Assembly: GCA_013178315.1 (NCBI GenBank)
Contig: JABLWX010000007.1
Location: forward strand, 1-61,163
Length of the DNA stretch: 61,163 nucleotides
Direction: 5' to 3'
Origin: Candidatus Aminicenantes bacterium
Lineage (GTDB): Bacteria; Acidobacteriota; Aminicenantia; Aminicenantales; Saccharicenantaceae
The notes beneath the pieces are model-generated. The model was not told the origin of the DNA. It searched no databases and saw nothing but the letters and a program-made list of their open reading frames with translations. Positions 37,769 to 49,256 of this stretch are shown here, in pieces. The translations under genes were made by a program, and so were the position numbers. The stretch's first letter is position 1. The number at the start of each line of letters is the position of its first letter.

Positions 37769-39172
37769 ATGGATGAAAAGAACCTGGTGATCATCGGCGG
37801 TGGACCCGGCGGGTACCTGGCTGCCCTCCGGGCGGCCCAGCTCGGCCTTAAAGTCACGCTGGTCGAAGAAAACAGGGTTGGCGGAATCTGCATCAACGTC
37901 GGCTGCATTCCCACCAAGTACCTGACCCACCAGAGCGCCATTTTTCATCAATTAAAGACCAATAAGAACCTGGAAGGTCCGCTGGCCGAGGTAAAACTCA
38001 ACTGGGCCAGGGTCCAGCAGGGAAGGCAGGCGGTGGTTGACCGCCTGGTCAAGGGGCTGGAGTTCCTGCTCAGCCGCAATAAGATCCAGGTCATCAAGGG
38101 ACGGGCGAAATTGACCGCTCCCGGACAGGTTTCGGTCAGAACCGGCATGGAAGAGCTGACCCTTCGGGCCGACAGGGTTATCCTGGCCACGGGCAGCCGG
38201 CCGGCCGATTTTCCTTTCCTCCGGTTTGACGGAAAGCAGGTCATTTCCAGCACCGAGGCCCTGTCCCTGTCCGAACCGCCGAAAAGCCTGCTGGTGGTCG
38301 GGGCCGGAGCCATCGGCCTGGAACTGGGCTCGGTGTACCAGAGAGCTGGCACCGAGGTCACGGTGCTGGAAATCATGCCCAGCATCTTGCCCGGGACCGA
38401 CCTGGCCACGGCCCAGCGCCTGGAGAGAATTCTCAAGAAACAGGGCTTGAAGATATTTACCCGGATGAAGATTGAATCGGCCGAGGTTGGCGAAAGCCAG
38501 GTGAAACTTAAAGGCGTCAGCCTGGCCGACAACAAGCCCTTTGAATTTGCGGCCGAAAAGGTCCTGATTGCCGCCGGCCGCAAGCCCAACGTCGAAGACC
38601 TGGTCTGGGACCAGGGACTGCTGCGGCTTCAGAAGGGAAATTTCGTGGAAGTTGATAACGGCTGCCGGACCTCCATACCGGATGTTTATGCCATTGGCGA
38701 TTTAATCGGTGGGAAGCTACTGGCCCACAAGGCCTATCACGACGGCATTGTAGCTGCCGAAAATGCGGCCGGGCACAGCTCGCAGGTCAATTACGCGGCC
38801 ATCCCGGCGGCCATCTTCACCGAGCCCGAGCTGGCCACGGTCGGGCTTTCCCAGGAGGAGGCCCAGGCCCGCAACATAGAAACAAAGGTGGGGGAGTTTC
38901 CGCTCCAGGCCAACGGCCGGGCCCTGACCCTCGATAGCTACGAGGGAATGGTCAGGGTAATTGCCGATAAGAAAACCGACCAGGTGCTCGGGGCCCATCT
39001 CCTGGCGCCACACGCCAGCGAGATGATTCCAGTTCTGACCCTGGCCGTCTCCCGTCGCCTGAAGTTAAAGGACCTGGATTCTATCATCTACATCCACCCG
39101 ACGATTTCCGAGTCGATTCCCGAAGCTGCCCTAAAGGCCGACGGCCTGGCCCTGCACATCCTGAACCAGTGA
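37769..39172 (+). CDS. lpdA: Dihydrolipoyl dehydrogenase
   Basis: GGGPGGY, GGICINVGCIP, GAGAIGLE, LAHKA, HPTISE. Confidence 0.95.
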   Translation: MDEKNLVIIGGGPGGYLAALRAAQLGLKVTLVEENRVGGICINVGCIPTKYLTHQSAIFHQLKTNKNLEGPLAEVKLNWARVQQGRQAVVDRLVKGLEFLLSRNKIQVIKGRAKLTAPGQVSVRTGMEELTLRADRVILATGSRPADFPFLRFDGKQVISSTEALSLSEPPKSLLVVGAGAIGLELGSVYQRAGTEVTVLEIMPSILPGTDLATAQRLERILKKQGLKIFTRMKIESAEVGESQVKLKGVSLADNKPFEFAAEKVLIAAGRKPNVEDLVWDQGLLRLQKGNFVEVDNGCRTSIPDVYAIGDLIGGKLLAHKAYHDGIVAAENAAGHSSQVNYAAIPAAIFTEPELATVGLSQEEAQARNIETKVGEFPLQANGRALTLDSYEGMVRVIADKKTDQVLGAHLLAPHASEMIPVLTLAVSRRLKLKDLDSIIYIHPTISESIPEAALKADGLALHILNQ

Positions 39173-39452
39173 TGAGCTTTGACAGAGGCAAGCGCCCTGC
39201 GAAAAGCTAAACGAAAATATCATTGATGCCCGCGGGACAGTTGGCGATTTTGGTCGCGACTGAAATTGAGAAAAATACGCGGGCTTTCTGACAGCAAACC
39301 GGCGAGCAGCCCAACGGAAGGCTTTTCTAAGCTACAATTTCTTGTGGATAATCTTGGGCGGCAACCTTCCCATCAGCGCCGATTTTTTTAATTGACTAAC
39401 ATTTTCAATTATTTTATCATCACCTCTCAAAAAAACTTTTTTGGAGGACATA

Positions 39453-40808
39453 ATGGAGAAAAAGGTTACCGTGGAAGAACTGTTGGCGAAAGCCGAACAG
39501 CCCTCAAAGGATGCCCTCCGGCTTCATCCTTTTTACAAGGGAAAAGTTGGAGTTACCTTGAAATGCCGGGTGCGCGATTTCAAAGATTTTGCTATCTGGT
39601 ACACCCCGGGTGTGGCCGCGGCCTGCATGGAAATCAACAAGGACGTGGAAAAAGCCTACGAGATGACCAACAAGGGAAATTTTGTCGCGGTCATTTCTGA
39701 TGGCACCAGGGTCCTGGGCCTGGGCGACATCGGTCCGGAAGCGGCCATGCCGGTCATGGAAGGCAAGGCCCTGCTCTACAAGTACCTGGGCGGAGTCGAT
39801 GCTTTTCCCATCTGCCTCAGGGAAAAAGACCCGGACAAGTTTATCTACATCGTTAAAGCCCTTCAACCGACTTTTGGCGGTGTCAACCTGGAAGACATTT
39901 CCCACCCCAAGTGCTTCCACATCTTGGACACCCTGAGGGCCGAGTGCGAAATTCCCATCTGGCACGATGACCAGCAGGGAACGGCCTGCGTCACCGTGGC
40001 CGGCTTGATCAATGCCCTGAAGATTGTCAACAAGAAGATTGGCGAGATCAAGGTTACGGTCATCGGTTCCGGGGCTGCCGGAATTGCCATCGCCAGGCTG
40101 CTGATTGCCGCCGGCGTCAACCCCGAAAACATGCTGGCCGTCGACTCCAAGGGCATCCTGTCCAAGGACCGGGCCGACCGGGAAACCCTGCAGACCAAGT
40201 TCAAGGAGAAATGGGACCTGTGCCTCAAGACCAATCCCAAGAACAAGCAGGGCGACATGGCCGAGTCCATCAAGGGCGCCGATGTCCTGATAAGCGTTTC
40301 CGCCTCCGGGCCCGGAGTCATCAAGCCAGAGTGGATCAAGACCATGGCCAAGGATGCCATCGTCTTTGCCGAGGCCAATCCCATTCCGGAAATCTGGCCC
40401 TGGGAAGCCAAGGAAGCCGGGGCCAGGATCGTGGCCACCGGCCGCTCCGACTTCCCCAACCAGGTCAATAACTCCCTCGGCTTCCCCGGAATCTTCCGTG
40501 GAACGCTGGACGTCAGGGCCAAGACCATCACCGACGAGATGTGCATCGCCGCTGCCTACGAGCTGGCCAAGGTGGCCGAAGACCACGGCCTGAGCGAGGA
40601 GTACATCATCCCCAACATGGACCAGTGGGAAGTCTTCCCGAGAGAAGCCGTGGCCGTGGGGCGCAAGGCCATTGAGCAGGGCGTAGCCAGAAAGGACATC
40701 CCGGCCGAGGAGCTCTACAAGATGGCCGAAACCACCATCCGCAAGGCCCGAGAGGAAATCCAGTTCCTGATGAAAGAGGGCTTCATCGTCGACCCGGACA
40801 AGAAGTAA
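39453..40808 (+). CDS. NAD(P)-dependent malic enzyme
   Basis: YTPGVA, DGTRVLGLGDIG, VMEGKALL, NLEDI, HDDQQGTA, TGRSDFPNQVNN. Confidence 0.94.
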   Translation: MEKKVTVEELLAKAEQPSKDALRLHPFYKGKVGVTLKCRVRDFKDFAIWYTPGVAAACMEINKDVEKAYEMTNKGNFVAVISDGTRVLGLGDIGPEAAMPVMEGKALLYKYLGGVDAFPICLREKDPDKFIYIVKALQPTFGGVNLEDISHPKCFHILDTLRAECEIPIWHDDQQGTACVTVAGLINALKIVNKKIGEIKVTVIGSGAAGIAIARLLIAAGVNPENMLAVDSKGILSKDRADRETLQTKFKEKWDLCLKTNPKNKQGDMAESIKGADVLISVSASGPGVIKPEWIKTMAKDAIVFAEANPIPEIWPWEAKEAGARIVATGRSDFPNQVNNSLGFPGIFRGTLDVRAKTITDEMCIAAAYELAKVAEDHGLSEEYIIPNMDQWEVFPREAVAVGRKAIEQGVARKDIPAEELYKMAETTIRKAREEIQFLMKEGFIVDPDKK

Positions 40809-40840
40809 GCCGAACCGTAAGATAACGAACGTTCACCACG

Positions 40841-40879
40841 AAGGCCCGGGCTGGTTGCCAGCCCGGGCCTTTTTTATTT
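40841..40879 (+). terminator. Intrinsic terminator
   Basis: AAGGCCCGGGCTGG-TTG-CCAGCCCGGGCCTT followed by a T-tract. Confidence 0.9.
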
Positions 40880-41518
40880 GGCGGGAGCCTTTTCGGTATG
40901 GTCATTTATAGGAAGTCTGAAATGAATCTTCCGGGCTCCTGGCCAGGCCATTTTTTCAGCAGCCCGGTTGTTCCTTCCTTGATATGGACCCGGCGAGGTT
41001 TGTGGCGATGGGCAGGGTAGATTCCGAGTTTGGCTTGGGCAGGCTGCTTCGGTTGTAATTGAGCTCAGAGCGAAGCTGTGATTTTGTGATGGGACTGGAG
41101 CCGCGCCATCACACCTTAAATATTATTTTATTATTGATATCGGCGATTAAAATGATGTTATTCTTGCCCTGCCTTCTTCTCAGGAGCTATTATCGGGGAG
41201 GGTAAATCGCCTTTACTTATCAAAAAATATATGATTATTTTTGAGGTTCAAAAATTTGACAAAGCCCCCGCTTTGTGATAATCATTAATACAATCTTCAC
41301 CGGAAGGGTGAAGGGAGTTAGAAGGTTCAAAATGAGTGGAGATGGAGAAACTTCTCTACCGGATTTTTTAAGCCCCCCATAGTATTTCCGCACTTATAAT
41401 TATTTCCTTGTTGTTCTTGTTTGAAAGGAGACGGGAACAGGGGAAATCCCAGCAAACCTGAATTAAATGGAAAAGGCCATTTAATATAAAAAAATTCATC
41501 AGAAAGGAGGAAAAGAGA

Positions 41519-42109
41519 ATGAAAAATCTGATGAAACTCGCGGTTCTCGGCCTTGTAGTGGTTTTTCTTTTTACCAGCTGCGCCAAGCAGCCCACCCAGC
41601 AGATAGATGAGGCCAAAGCTGCTATCGCTGCGGTGGAAGCGGCCAAGGGCAATATCTATGCCAAGGATGAGCTGAAGAAGCTGAACGACGACCTGCAGGC
41701 AGCCCTGGATGAGGTTAATGCCCAGTCCAAGAAGCTGTTCAAGAAGTATGGAAAGGCCAAAGAGATGCTGGCCAAGGTCAAGACCGACGCCGAAGCTGTC
41801 AAGGCTCTGATCCCGGCCAGAATTGAAGAGGCCAAGAATGCTGCCCTGACTGCCCAGAACGAGGCCAAGGCTGCTTTTGATGAGGCCAAGGCTCTCCTGG
41901 ACAAGGCCCCCAAGGGCAAGGGCACCAAGGCGGACATCGAGGCCATGAAAGCCGACCTGGCCGGCCTGGAAGCCCAGCTGACCGAAGTCCAGACCGCCAT
42001 CGACGGCGAGGACTATTTCGGCGCCAAGGACAAGGCCCTGTCCATCAAGGACAAGGCTGCGGCCATCGCCGAGCAGGTCAAAGCTGCTATTGCCAAAGTG
42101 AAGAAGTAA
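41519..42109 (+). CDS. Ala/Lys-rich alpha-helical lipoprotein (DUF4398-like) ending in Lys
   Basis: Lipobox FTSC; all-helical composition; ends AIAKVKK; strong AGGAGG RBS. Confidence 0.8.
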   Translation: MKNLMKLAVLGLVVVFLFTSCAKQPTQQIDEAKAAIAAVEAAKGNIYAKDELKKLNDDLQAALDEVNAQSKKLFKKYGKAKEMLAKVKTDAEAVKALIPARIEEAKNAALTAQNEAKAAFDEAKALLDKAPKGKGTKADIEAMKADLAGLEAQLTEVQTAIDGEDYFGAKDKALSIKDKAAAIAEQVKAAIAKVKK

Positions 42110-42153
42110 GCGTAGATTAAGTTCGAGCAATTCAAGCGGAGTCGAGTTGGTTA

Positions 42154-43269
42154 GTGAAGTGGAATGCTATACGAGCAGCGCTGATACTGTTATGCCAGCT
42201 TAGTCTGATCTTTCTTCTACAGAGTTGCCAGACCGCACCGGCTCCTCCAGAGGTAGAGCAGGCTCTTCGTCAGGAGCAGGACCTCTGGAGGGCCGGTGCT
42301 TCTATTTATGCCCCCGAAGATTACCAGAAATACCGCGGCTTGCTGGCCACGGCCCGGAAGTCCTTTGAACAGGAAGAGCTGAAAATAGGCTATTTCCGGA
42401 ATTACGATAAGGTCAAGAAGGACTTTACCGCCATCCTGGCCGAGGGAGAGAGGATCCAGAAGCTGGTGGAAGATAAGAAAGCCTCCCTGGCCGGGGAAAT
42501 AGTCGCCCGGAAAAAAGATCTCCAGTCCCGCTACGAAACCCTGAACACGCTGAGCCTGGAGCTCAGCCAGAGAACCCTGTCCCGGAAGCAGCTGGCCCAG
42601 GCCGACGTGCTTTTCAGGGAGCTCGACCGTTTCCTGGAAAAGGGAAACTATGATGAAGCCCGTTCCCGCCTCGGCCCCATCGAAAGCCTGCTCAACCAGG
42701 CAGAAAATATTCTCCGCCAGCAGCTCGAGCGCTACATGAGCCAGGAGGAAATTGCCCGCTGGAAAAAAATGGCCGAGCGGGCCCTGGAAAAATCGCGGAG
42801 CGGAAACCAGCTGGTCATCCTGGTCAGCAAGCTGGAGCGGAAACTTGTGGTTTACCGGGGCGGGGAGCCGGTTAAGAGCTACGAGGTGGGCCTGGGTTTT
42901 AACGGCCTCAGCGACAAGCTTCACGCCGGCGATAATGCCACTCCGGAAGGGGAGTACCGGGTCATCAAGAAGGTCTCTCCCAGCAAGTTCGGCAAGGCCC
43001 TGCTGATAAATTATCCCAACGAAGAGGATATCAAAAGGTTTAATGAGGCCAAGAAGAAAGGTTACCTGACCGCTTCCAGCCGAATCGGGGGCCTGATCGA
43101 AATCCACGGCGGCGGCAAGGACGGCCTGACCCAGGGCTGCGTGGCCCTGGACGACCCGGAGATGGAAGAGCTGTTCAGGCTGATCCCGGTGGGCACCCCG
43201 GTGACAATTGTGGGTACCACTGACCCAAACAACAAAATTATTGCTATACTAAGAAGAGAGCAGAAATAG
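42154..43269 (+). CDS. Lipoprotein with a YkuD-family domain of YafK/DpaA type
   Basis: Lipobox LQSC; KLHAGDNATPEGEY, LINYPNEED, EIHGGG..TQGCVAL. Confidence 0.85.
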   Translation: MKWNAIRAALILLCQLSLIFLLQSCQTAPAPPEVEQALRQEQDLWRAGASIYAPEDYQKYRGLLATARKSFEQEELKIGYFRNYDKVKKDFTAILAEGERIQKLVEDKKASLAGEIVARKKDLQSRYETLNTLSLELSQRTLSRKQLAQADVLFRELDRFLEKGNYDEARSRLGPIESLLNQAENILRQQLERYMSQEEIARWKKMAERALEKSRSGNQLVILVSKLERKLVVYRGGEPVKSYEVGLGFNGLSDKLHAGDNATPEGEYRVIKKVSPSKFGKALLINYPNEEDIKRFNEAKKKGYLTASSRIGGLIEIHGGGKDGLTQGCVALDDPEMEELFRLIPVGTPVTIVGTTDPNNKIIAILRREQK

Positions 43270-43270
43270 C

Positions 43271-43915
43271 ATGAAGTTCTGGAAGGTACTGCTGGCCCTG
43301 GTAGCCCTGGTCTACCTGTCTTCGCTGGCCATCGTGGCCCTGTCCTGGATGCATCACCTGAAACTAAGCGCCGAGTGGAAGACCGTCTGGAGCTTTGAGC
43401 TGGACCCGAAGGCCAGAGTCAAGCCGGAGGCCCAGAATGCCGCCCTGAAAAAAAAGATACAGGAGCTTCATCCCAAGGGCGTTTACATCATGGTTGACTC
43501 GGCTGAAAACCGGCTTTACCTCAAGAAGGACGGCCAGACCATAAAAGAAGCGCTGGTCTCCACCGGAAGCGGCGTCATCCTGGTTGAGCCCGGGGGCAAG
43601 AGGAGCTGGCAGTTTGACACCCCCAAGGGCGAGTTTTTCGTCAAGTCCAAGATTCAGAATCCTTACTGGGTCAAGCCGGACTGGGCCTTTATCGAAGAGA
43701 ACGAGCCAATTCCCAAGAAGATGGAAGACCGGGTGGAGGCCGGGGTGCTGGGCGACTATGCCCTGGGCTTCGGCCAGGGCTATTTCATCCACGGAACGCT
43801 TTACACCAGGCTTCTCGGGCGGAACGTCACCCACGGTTGCGTCCGCGTAGCCGACAAGGACCTAGAAGAGGTCTTCAAGGCTTCCAGGATAGGAACGCGG
43901 ATTTACATTTATTAA
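43271..43915 (+). CDS. L,D-transpeptidase (ErfK/YbiS/YcfS-type YkuD) with an N-terminal TM anchor
   Basis: VSTG, TPKGEF, PYWVKP, FIHGT, VTHGCVRV. Confidence 0.9.
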   Translation: MKFWKVLLALVALVYLSSLAIVALSWMHHLKLSAEWKTVWSFELDPKARVKPEAQNAALKKKIQELHPKGVYIMVDSAENRLYLKKDGQTIKEALVSTGSGVILVEPGGKRSWQFDTPKGEFFVKSKIQNPYWVKPDWAFIEENEPIPKKMEDRVEAGVLGDYALGFGQGYFIHGTLYTRLLGRNVTHGCVRVADKDLEEVFKASRIGTRIYIY

Positions 43916-43978
43916 GGCTGGAGAAATTATGAACAGGACTGGAAAGGAATTTGAAATAACGAGGTCCTGGAAGAGATC

Positions 43979-44948
43979 ATGAATATAGAAAAGGGAAAGG
44001 AACCGTTGCCGGGCGGAAGAAGCCGCTGGCTGAAGGTGGTTTTCTCTGCCGCGTTGGTGATGAGCTTTTCCTTTTATTTTATCAGCATCTCGGCGGCGCA
44101 GGTAAGCCGCCTGAAAAGGACGGCGGCACCCGCGGCTGTGAGTGGGAGCCGGGTCCAGAAAGCTGCTGTACCTGCCAGCCCGGGAAAGAAAAAAGTTTCT
44201 ACCAAAGGAAGCCAGACCGGGCAGAAGACAAAGCCGGCCTCGGCCCCGGAGAAACCCGCGGCGGCTTCCATCAAGGGCATTCCCGAGGCCACTCTCCAGG
44301 TACTCAAGGAAAACAGGTTCCTGGAAGAAGAGCTGAAGCTGGCCAAAACCCCGCAGTACTATTTTGTTCTTAACCTCAAGGAAAGAACCCTGGAGCTCCG
44401 GGCCCGGGGAATGGTGCTCAAGTCCTGGAAGGCCAGCGAATTGAGGTACACCGGAAAGCCGGGTGCCGCTCCAGGTGACGACCCTTACCAACAAAACGGC
44501 CCTGAACCCGCCAGAGCGAAAGGTTCTCAACCCGGCCGAGCAGCAGGCCGAGGAGGCCAGGAAAGCAGCCGAGGAAAAAGCCAGGCAGGAACAGCAGAAA
44601 AAGAAAGAGAACGGTAAGAAGCAGGACTCAACCCAATCCACCACGGCCACTCCGGCTGATACCTTCGACGTCGAGGCCCTGGAGATTACCGACATGCCCG
44701 GTTCCTACGAGCTCAATTTTGACGACGGGCTGAGGATATTTGTCCGGTCAAAATCGGGCTTCAGCGAAAAGTTCCGTCAAACCCGGGAGACCCTGCTCTG
44801 GTACACCTGGTACCCGGTCAAGCACTTCCTCAACAGGAAGAGCGAGCTGCGCCCGCAGCTCATCCTCTATTTTGACAACATGCGCGATGCCCAGGGCATA
44901 TACTGGGCCTTCATCGACGGCCTCAAGGGCATCATCTGGTTCCCGTAA
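43979..44948 (+). pseudogene. Non-catalytic YkuD-like exported protein split by a +1 frameshift (extra G at 44459-44463)
   Basis: ORF 43979-44617 and ORF 44463-44948 join as ..YTGKPVPLQV.. if one G of CCGGG is removed; a sequencing error cannot be excluded. Confidence 0.7.
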
Positions 44949-45020
44949 GTAGCTCTGTTCAGCCACACCCCAAAAATTTTTTAAATTATTGATATTAAAT
45001 AAAATAAAATTATTAAAAAA

Positions 45021-45050
45021 CTTGACAAATTAATACTCAACTTTTATATT
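45021..45050 (+). promoter_or_regulatory. dnaK sigma-70 promoter with an overlapping HAIR-like HspR operator
   Basis: TTGACA(45022)-17nt-TATATT; CTTGACA-N7-ACTCAAC at 45021-45041 versus consensus CTTGAGT-N7-ACTCAAG. Confidence 0.75.
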
Positions 45051-45086
45051 AATATAAAGCTAAAATAGAAAACAGGAGGAATAGAT

Positions 45087-47039
<1,953 letters not shown>

Positions 47040-47270
47040 AAGAATAGGCTCGGATAGCAGGCGTTGTTCGCCGTGAGATGAGTGGATAGAGCGCAGCAGG
47101 CGACGAACGGCGAGTGATTAGCAGAGAGCTAAGAGCTCGAACTTGAAGGCAGAAGCAGAGCGGCGAAGATAGCCGGGCGGCCAGGCTGTTCTGCCGGCAG
47201 GGGATCGGGACCGGCGGAACGGCCCCCGCCCGAGAGCCGGGATCGGAAGGAACGGAAGGCAAGGTTGGCC

Positions 47271-48404
47271 ATGGCCAGGGATTATTACGAGGTACTCGGG
47301 GTTCCGCGGACGGCCAGTCTGGCGGACATCAAGAAAGCCTACCGCAAGCTGGCCCGAAAGTACCACCCTGATTTGAACCCCGGCGACAAGGCGGCCGAGG
47401 CTAAGTTCAAGGAAATCCAGGAAGCCTACTCGGTGCTGAGCGATCCCAAAAAGCGGGCCCAGTACGACCAGTTTGGGTTTGTGGGCGACTTCGGGCGCGG
47501 CCCGGGAGCCGGTCCGGGGGGCGGACCTGGCCAGGGGCCGTTTGGCGGCGGCTTTGAAGGCTTCGATTTCTCCGAGTACGGAAGCTCCTCCTTTCGAGAT
47601 TTATTCGAGAACCTGTTCGGCGGTATGGGTGTCGAGCAGCAGCGCCGGGGCGGACCACAGCGCGGCGAGGACCTTAATTATTCCATGACCATCGGCTTTG
47701 CCGACGCCATAAACGGTGTTCAGACCAAGATCAAGCTGACCCGCCTGGTGCCCTGCCCAGTCTGCGGCGGAAGCGGTTTTTCCAGCCTGGGCGGGGAGAG
47801 GGTCTGCCCGGATTGCGGCGGGCGCGGCCGGAGCTTCGTCCAGAAGGGCTTCATGAAGTTTTCCTCAACCTGCCCGACCTGCCTGGGCACGGGCCGGGTG
47901 AGCGGCCAGGTCTGCAGCAACTGCCGGGGCGAAGGCCGGGTCCAGGGCAGCGAGACCATCACGGTGCGTATTCCGAAGGGTGTTGACAGCGGCTCCAAGG
48001 TCCGGGTGCCGGGCAAGGGCAATGCCGGGATAAACGGAGGCCCGCCGGGCGACCTCTACATCAACCTGGAAGTGACGCCGCACCCGTTCTTCAAGCGCGA
48101 GGGTTCAAATATCTATATCAAGGTGCCGATTACCGTGCCGGAAGCAACGCTCGGAGCCAAGATTGAAGTGCCGACGATTTACGGCGAGAAAAAGTCCATC
48201 CGCATTCCGCCCGGCACCAGGTCGGGGCAGAAATTCAGGCTTAAGGGCGAAGGGGCACCGGTCTGCGGCCGGACGAGTCGTGGCGATATGTTTGTCGAGG
48301 TGAGCATCGTCCCGCCCTCGAGTGTTGACCAGAGAGTGCGGGAGCTGATGCGCGAGCTGGAGAAGTTTTACGAGGGCGACCCGCGCAAAAACCTGGGAAG
48401 CTGA
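47271..48404 (+). CDS. dnaJ: Chaperone DnaJ (class I)
   Basis: HPD motif, G/F region, four CxxCxGxG repeats. Confidence 0.96.
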   Translation: MARDYYEVLGVPRTASLADIKKAYRKLARKYHPDLNPGDKAAEAKFKEIQEAYSVLSDPKKRAQYDQFGFVGDFGRGPGAGPGGGPGQGPFGGGFEGFDFSEYGSSSFRDLFENLFGGMGVEQQRRGGPQRGEDLNYSMTIGFADAINGVQTKIKLTRLVPCPVCGGSGFSSLGGERVCPDCGGRGRSFVQKGFMKFSSTCPTCLGTGRVSGQVCSNCRGEGRVQGSETITVRIPKGVDSGSKVRVPGKGNAGINGGPPGDLYINLEVTPHPFFKREGSNIYIKVPITVPEATLGAKIEVPTIYGEKKSIRIPPGTRSGQKFRLKGEGAPVCGRTSRGDMFVEVSIVPPSSVDQRVRELMRELEKFYEGDPRKNLGS

Positions 48405-48471
48405 GGGCGGAGCCGGTGGCCGTTTTGGGGTGAAGGCTAAGAGGGTTCAGGATGATTGAGGGAGGTTGAAG

Positions 48472-48912
48472 ATGCCGAGAAGGAAAAAGAAAGCGGAAGA
48501 CGAGGGTAGAACAACCTGCGGCTATTACCATATAAGCGCCGTGGCCCGGATGTATAACATCCACCCCCAGACCCTGCGCCTTTATGAGAGGGAAGGGCTG
48601 CTCAAGCCGTCGCGAAGCGAAGGCAACACCCGCCTTTACACCGGGGGAGACCTGAAGCGGCTGGAGCTCATCCTCAACCTGATCCGCGATCTCGGGGTCA
48701 ACCTGGCCGGGGTGGAAGTCATCCTAAACATGCGGGAGAAGATGAAGCAGATCGAAAACCAGGTCAACGAGCTCCTGGATTACATCAAGCAGGAGTTCTT
48801 CAAGGGCAGGGAAGAGGAGTTTGAGGCCCGGCGGCGCAGCCTCGTCCACGTCAAGATGACCAAGCCCATGCCGGTGGAAAAACCCGGCGACGAACCCAAC
48901 CCCAAGAAATAA
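48472..48912 (+). CDS. hspR: MerR-family heat-shock repressor HspR
   Basis: YHISAVARMYNIHPQTLRLYEREGLLKPSRSEGNTRLY, LGVNLAGV; follows dnaK-dnaJ. Confidence 0.88.
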   Translation: MPRRKKKAEDEGRTTCGYYHISAVARMYNIHPQTLRLYEREGLLKPSRSEGNTRLYTGGDLKRLELILNLIRDLGVNLAGVEVILNMREKMKQIENQVNELLDYIKQEFFKGREEEFEARRRSLVHVKMTKPMPVEKPGDEPNPKK

Positions 48913-49256
48913 TACTGCGCAATTTTCCTGCGACTTTTGCTGGCTTCAAATTAAGTCCTTTTCCTTATGCTCTTGCGGCCGTAAAATTCACCGTCTCCCG
49001 CAGGACAAAGTGGCCGTCAATTATCTGAATTTTATGGAAAAACTCTATTGCTCCAGGGGCTTCGAGGCTTCCTTTTTCGCCCCGCTCCTGTTGCTGCTAT
49101 AACCCAGGGCTGAATCCTTTTTGTTTGCTGCTCCGTTAATTTTTATGTTGAATGTCGGCATCGAGTCTTCGCTGGAAATGGGCCGAAAAAAATATTAGAA
49201 TTATTATGAAATCAGCCGACAAACAATAAGGGTAAAAGCTCGGGTTAAAGTTTTTC

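Noticed and set aside
39293-39331. GCAAACC...CTAAG resembling a c-di-GMP-I riboswitch
   Set aside because: Lacks the GNRA loop, the GGGACGCAAA core and P2 closure.
45031-45060. CIRCE-like TTAATACTC upstream of dnaK
   Set aside because: No GAGTGCTAA half-site; the HAIR pattern fits better, and hspR is present.
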